A stretch of DNA of 64,000 nucleotides, from the NCBI GenBank assembly GCA_965644495.1, contig CBFFSA010000002.1:372001-436000 (forward strand). The letters are read 5' to 3'. The notes under the pieces were generated by a model, which had not been told where the DNA came from, made no database searches, and was given only the letters and a program-made list of their open reading frames with translations. Positions within the stretch are counted from its first letter, which is position 1. The number at the start of each line of letters is the position of its first letter. Origin of the DNA: Perkinsela sp. CCAP 1560/9 (taxonomy: Eukaryota > Protista > Euglenozoa: Kinetoplastea). Below, piece by piece: positions 62,505-64,000 of this stretch. The position numbers and the translations under genes were made by a program.

Positions 62505-64000
62505 TCATCTCCTACCTGTGCGCCGAGATCTTGTTTCACGGTCTCTTCTGTCCGGCGATCTTTCTGTGCGTCGTGGACTTTTCCTGTGCACACGATCCGA
62601 TCGTCTATCCCTTTCAGCAGACTTCCTTTTGTATTTTCTTGATCGAGAACGGGACCGACTGCGGTAAGGGGACTCGTGACGGGCTCGGCGCGCAGCATAG
62701 CGATCTTCAACAGCCTCATTTTCTTGATAACCGGCACGCTCTTTTCGTTTGTCTCTTCTTATCTTTTCACGATCTTCGGTGATATCCTTTCCTTTTTCTC
62801 CCTCGCGGTGTGAGCCGCGGGACACGGGAGTCGCGGTTGGGGGTTGGGGTGCCTTATTTATGATCACATTATCCTCCGAGTTTTCCTCCTCACTAAGTTC
62901 CGCAAGAGATGTTATTTTATTCCCTGGTAAGGTTCTAAGTGCCTCGATGCCGCCAGTCTGTGATGTCAGTTCCGTCGTTTTATCGATCGCAGGCATGGCT
63001 GCATCATTCACAGATGCCAGAGCGTTCGCTACGGGGGCGCTGGGCGGGAGCTCTGCCATCGGTGCGTTCACTACAACAGCCACCGGATGAGAAGGAAGTC
63101 CTTCGGAGGCCGAGGGCGTGGGCAAATTCCCACCCACCTCATTTCCATACGGACCTTTCTCAGCAATACCAAGTCCTGTTTCAGAGATCCACTCACTAGG
63201 AATACTCGCCGACCCTGTAGAGGGGGCAGCGTCTTCACCGGACGTAGTTTTCGGAGGATCAAATGTATCAAGCCACTTCAGCGCGGCGTCTAGCTCCTCA
63301 TCGGTGCATTCTTTCGCTGCCTCAAACTCGTCCGTTTCTTCCAACGAAACCTCGAAATCATCCAAATATTTCATCACCGTGCGCGCTGCCTCTAACCGAC
63401 GTGTAAAGGCACTGTGAAACGGACTTGCCTCGTGGAGAAACTCATACCGCACGTTAGCCTTCAGTGCCTCTAAATCAATCTCCTCCCCAGAAATTATCCT
63501 CGCCACGACTTTATCCAGTAGCTCCTGGTTCAACTGACTACGCAGCACCGTGGGCGATAGCCTTAGTTTAATGTCCAACCCACTACCGTCGGTGGCCAGG
63601 GCATGTCGGAACTGGTCCAAATTACTTACCAGCTGCCCATTGACCAGCACCACACGATGACGCAGCGGGACGTGCGCTCGATAGGCTACCGAGTTCTCGT
63701 GGATCCCCACGACCACTAAATTCTCATTTAAGTTTAGCCCCAGGGGGTCCTGGGGGGTTGCTTTTTGTAGTGTGACCTCAATCCCTGCATTGGTTGTGTC
63801 CACAGGCGAAGGAACAGAAGACGAAGACGGGGAAGGGATGGCTGGGATCGAGGAGGGGAGAGCTCCCTGTAGTCGAGGAGAACGGGCTCTTGAGGACCCG
63901 AAACCGTCAAGATGGCTGCCGAGAGAGGAGCTTGTCGTCGGAGAGCTGGTCATCGGAGCCCCGAGATGGGAGAACGAAGTTCCTAACGGGACCTCCGGCA
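62505..64000 (-). CDS. PDZ + SURP-like + RS-domain protein; 5' end may lie beyond the window
   Basis: PDZ (PLGLNL...SVAYRA...VVLVNGQLV), SURP-like NVRYEFLHEASPFHSAF, RS tail; frame stays open to base 64000. Confidence 0.7.
   Translation of the reverse strand, partial: PEVPLGTSFSHLGAPMTSSPTTSSSLGSHLDGFGSSRARSPRLQGALPSSIPAIPSPSSSSVPSPVDTTNAGIEVTLQKATPQDPLGLNLNENLVVVGIHENSVAYRAHVPLRHRVVLVNGQLVSNLDQFRHALATDGSGLDIKLRLSPTVLRSQLNQELLDKVVARIISGEEIDLEALKANVRYEFLHEASPFHSAFTRRLEAARTVMKYLDDFEVSLEETDEFEAAKECTDEELDAALKWLDTFDPPKTTSGEDAAPSTGSASIPSEWISETGLGIAEKGPYGNEVGGNLPTPSASEGLPSHPVAVVVNAPMAELPPSAPVANALASVNDAAMPAIDKTTELTSQTGGIEALRTLPGNKITSLAELSEEENSEDNVIINKAPQPPTATPVSRGSHREGEKGKDITEDREKIRRDKRKERAGYQENEAVEDRYAARRARHESPYRSRSRSRSRKYKRKSAERDRRSDRVHRKSPRRTERSPDRRDRETRSRRTGRR

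Overview
Eukaryotic, intron-less, gene-dense DNA. About 40 host genes all lie on the minus strand as one directional cluster, the layout of a kinetoplastid polycistronic unit. A UBP1-type RRM protein, a PA26-type proteasome activator and a PTS1-bearing hexokinase support this; the compact spacing and LP-rich LRR gene suggest a Perkinsela-like lineage (inference). Housekeeping genes include PGS1, ProRS, TBC GAP, Snu13, PP2C, PMI, RPS27, Rab1, hexokinase, GSK3, adenosine kinase, DHH1, UBC4, RIO1, RFC1, a PPR protein, GrpE and a DnaJ protein. The only credible plus-strand coding sequence is two defective copies of a Tc1/mariner transposon with ~139-bp TIRs, TA flanks and an atypical DD32E triad; three or more unrelated MITE/foldback families are also present. 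Best leads: a ~385-nt tRNA-headed, highly structured candidate Pol III RNA (11844-12227); an HDV-like ribozyme fold upstream of a tRNA-like B-box (46564-46886); a second antisense multibranch RNA (50480-50720); a catalytically degenerate LysRS paralogue; a carnitine acyltransferase lacking its catalytic His; a GC-skew inversion inside a gene; and a possible spliced-leader relic. All calls are by eye; no searches or folding programs were run.
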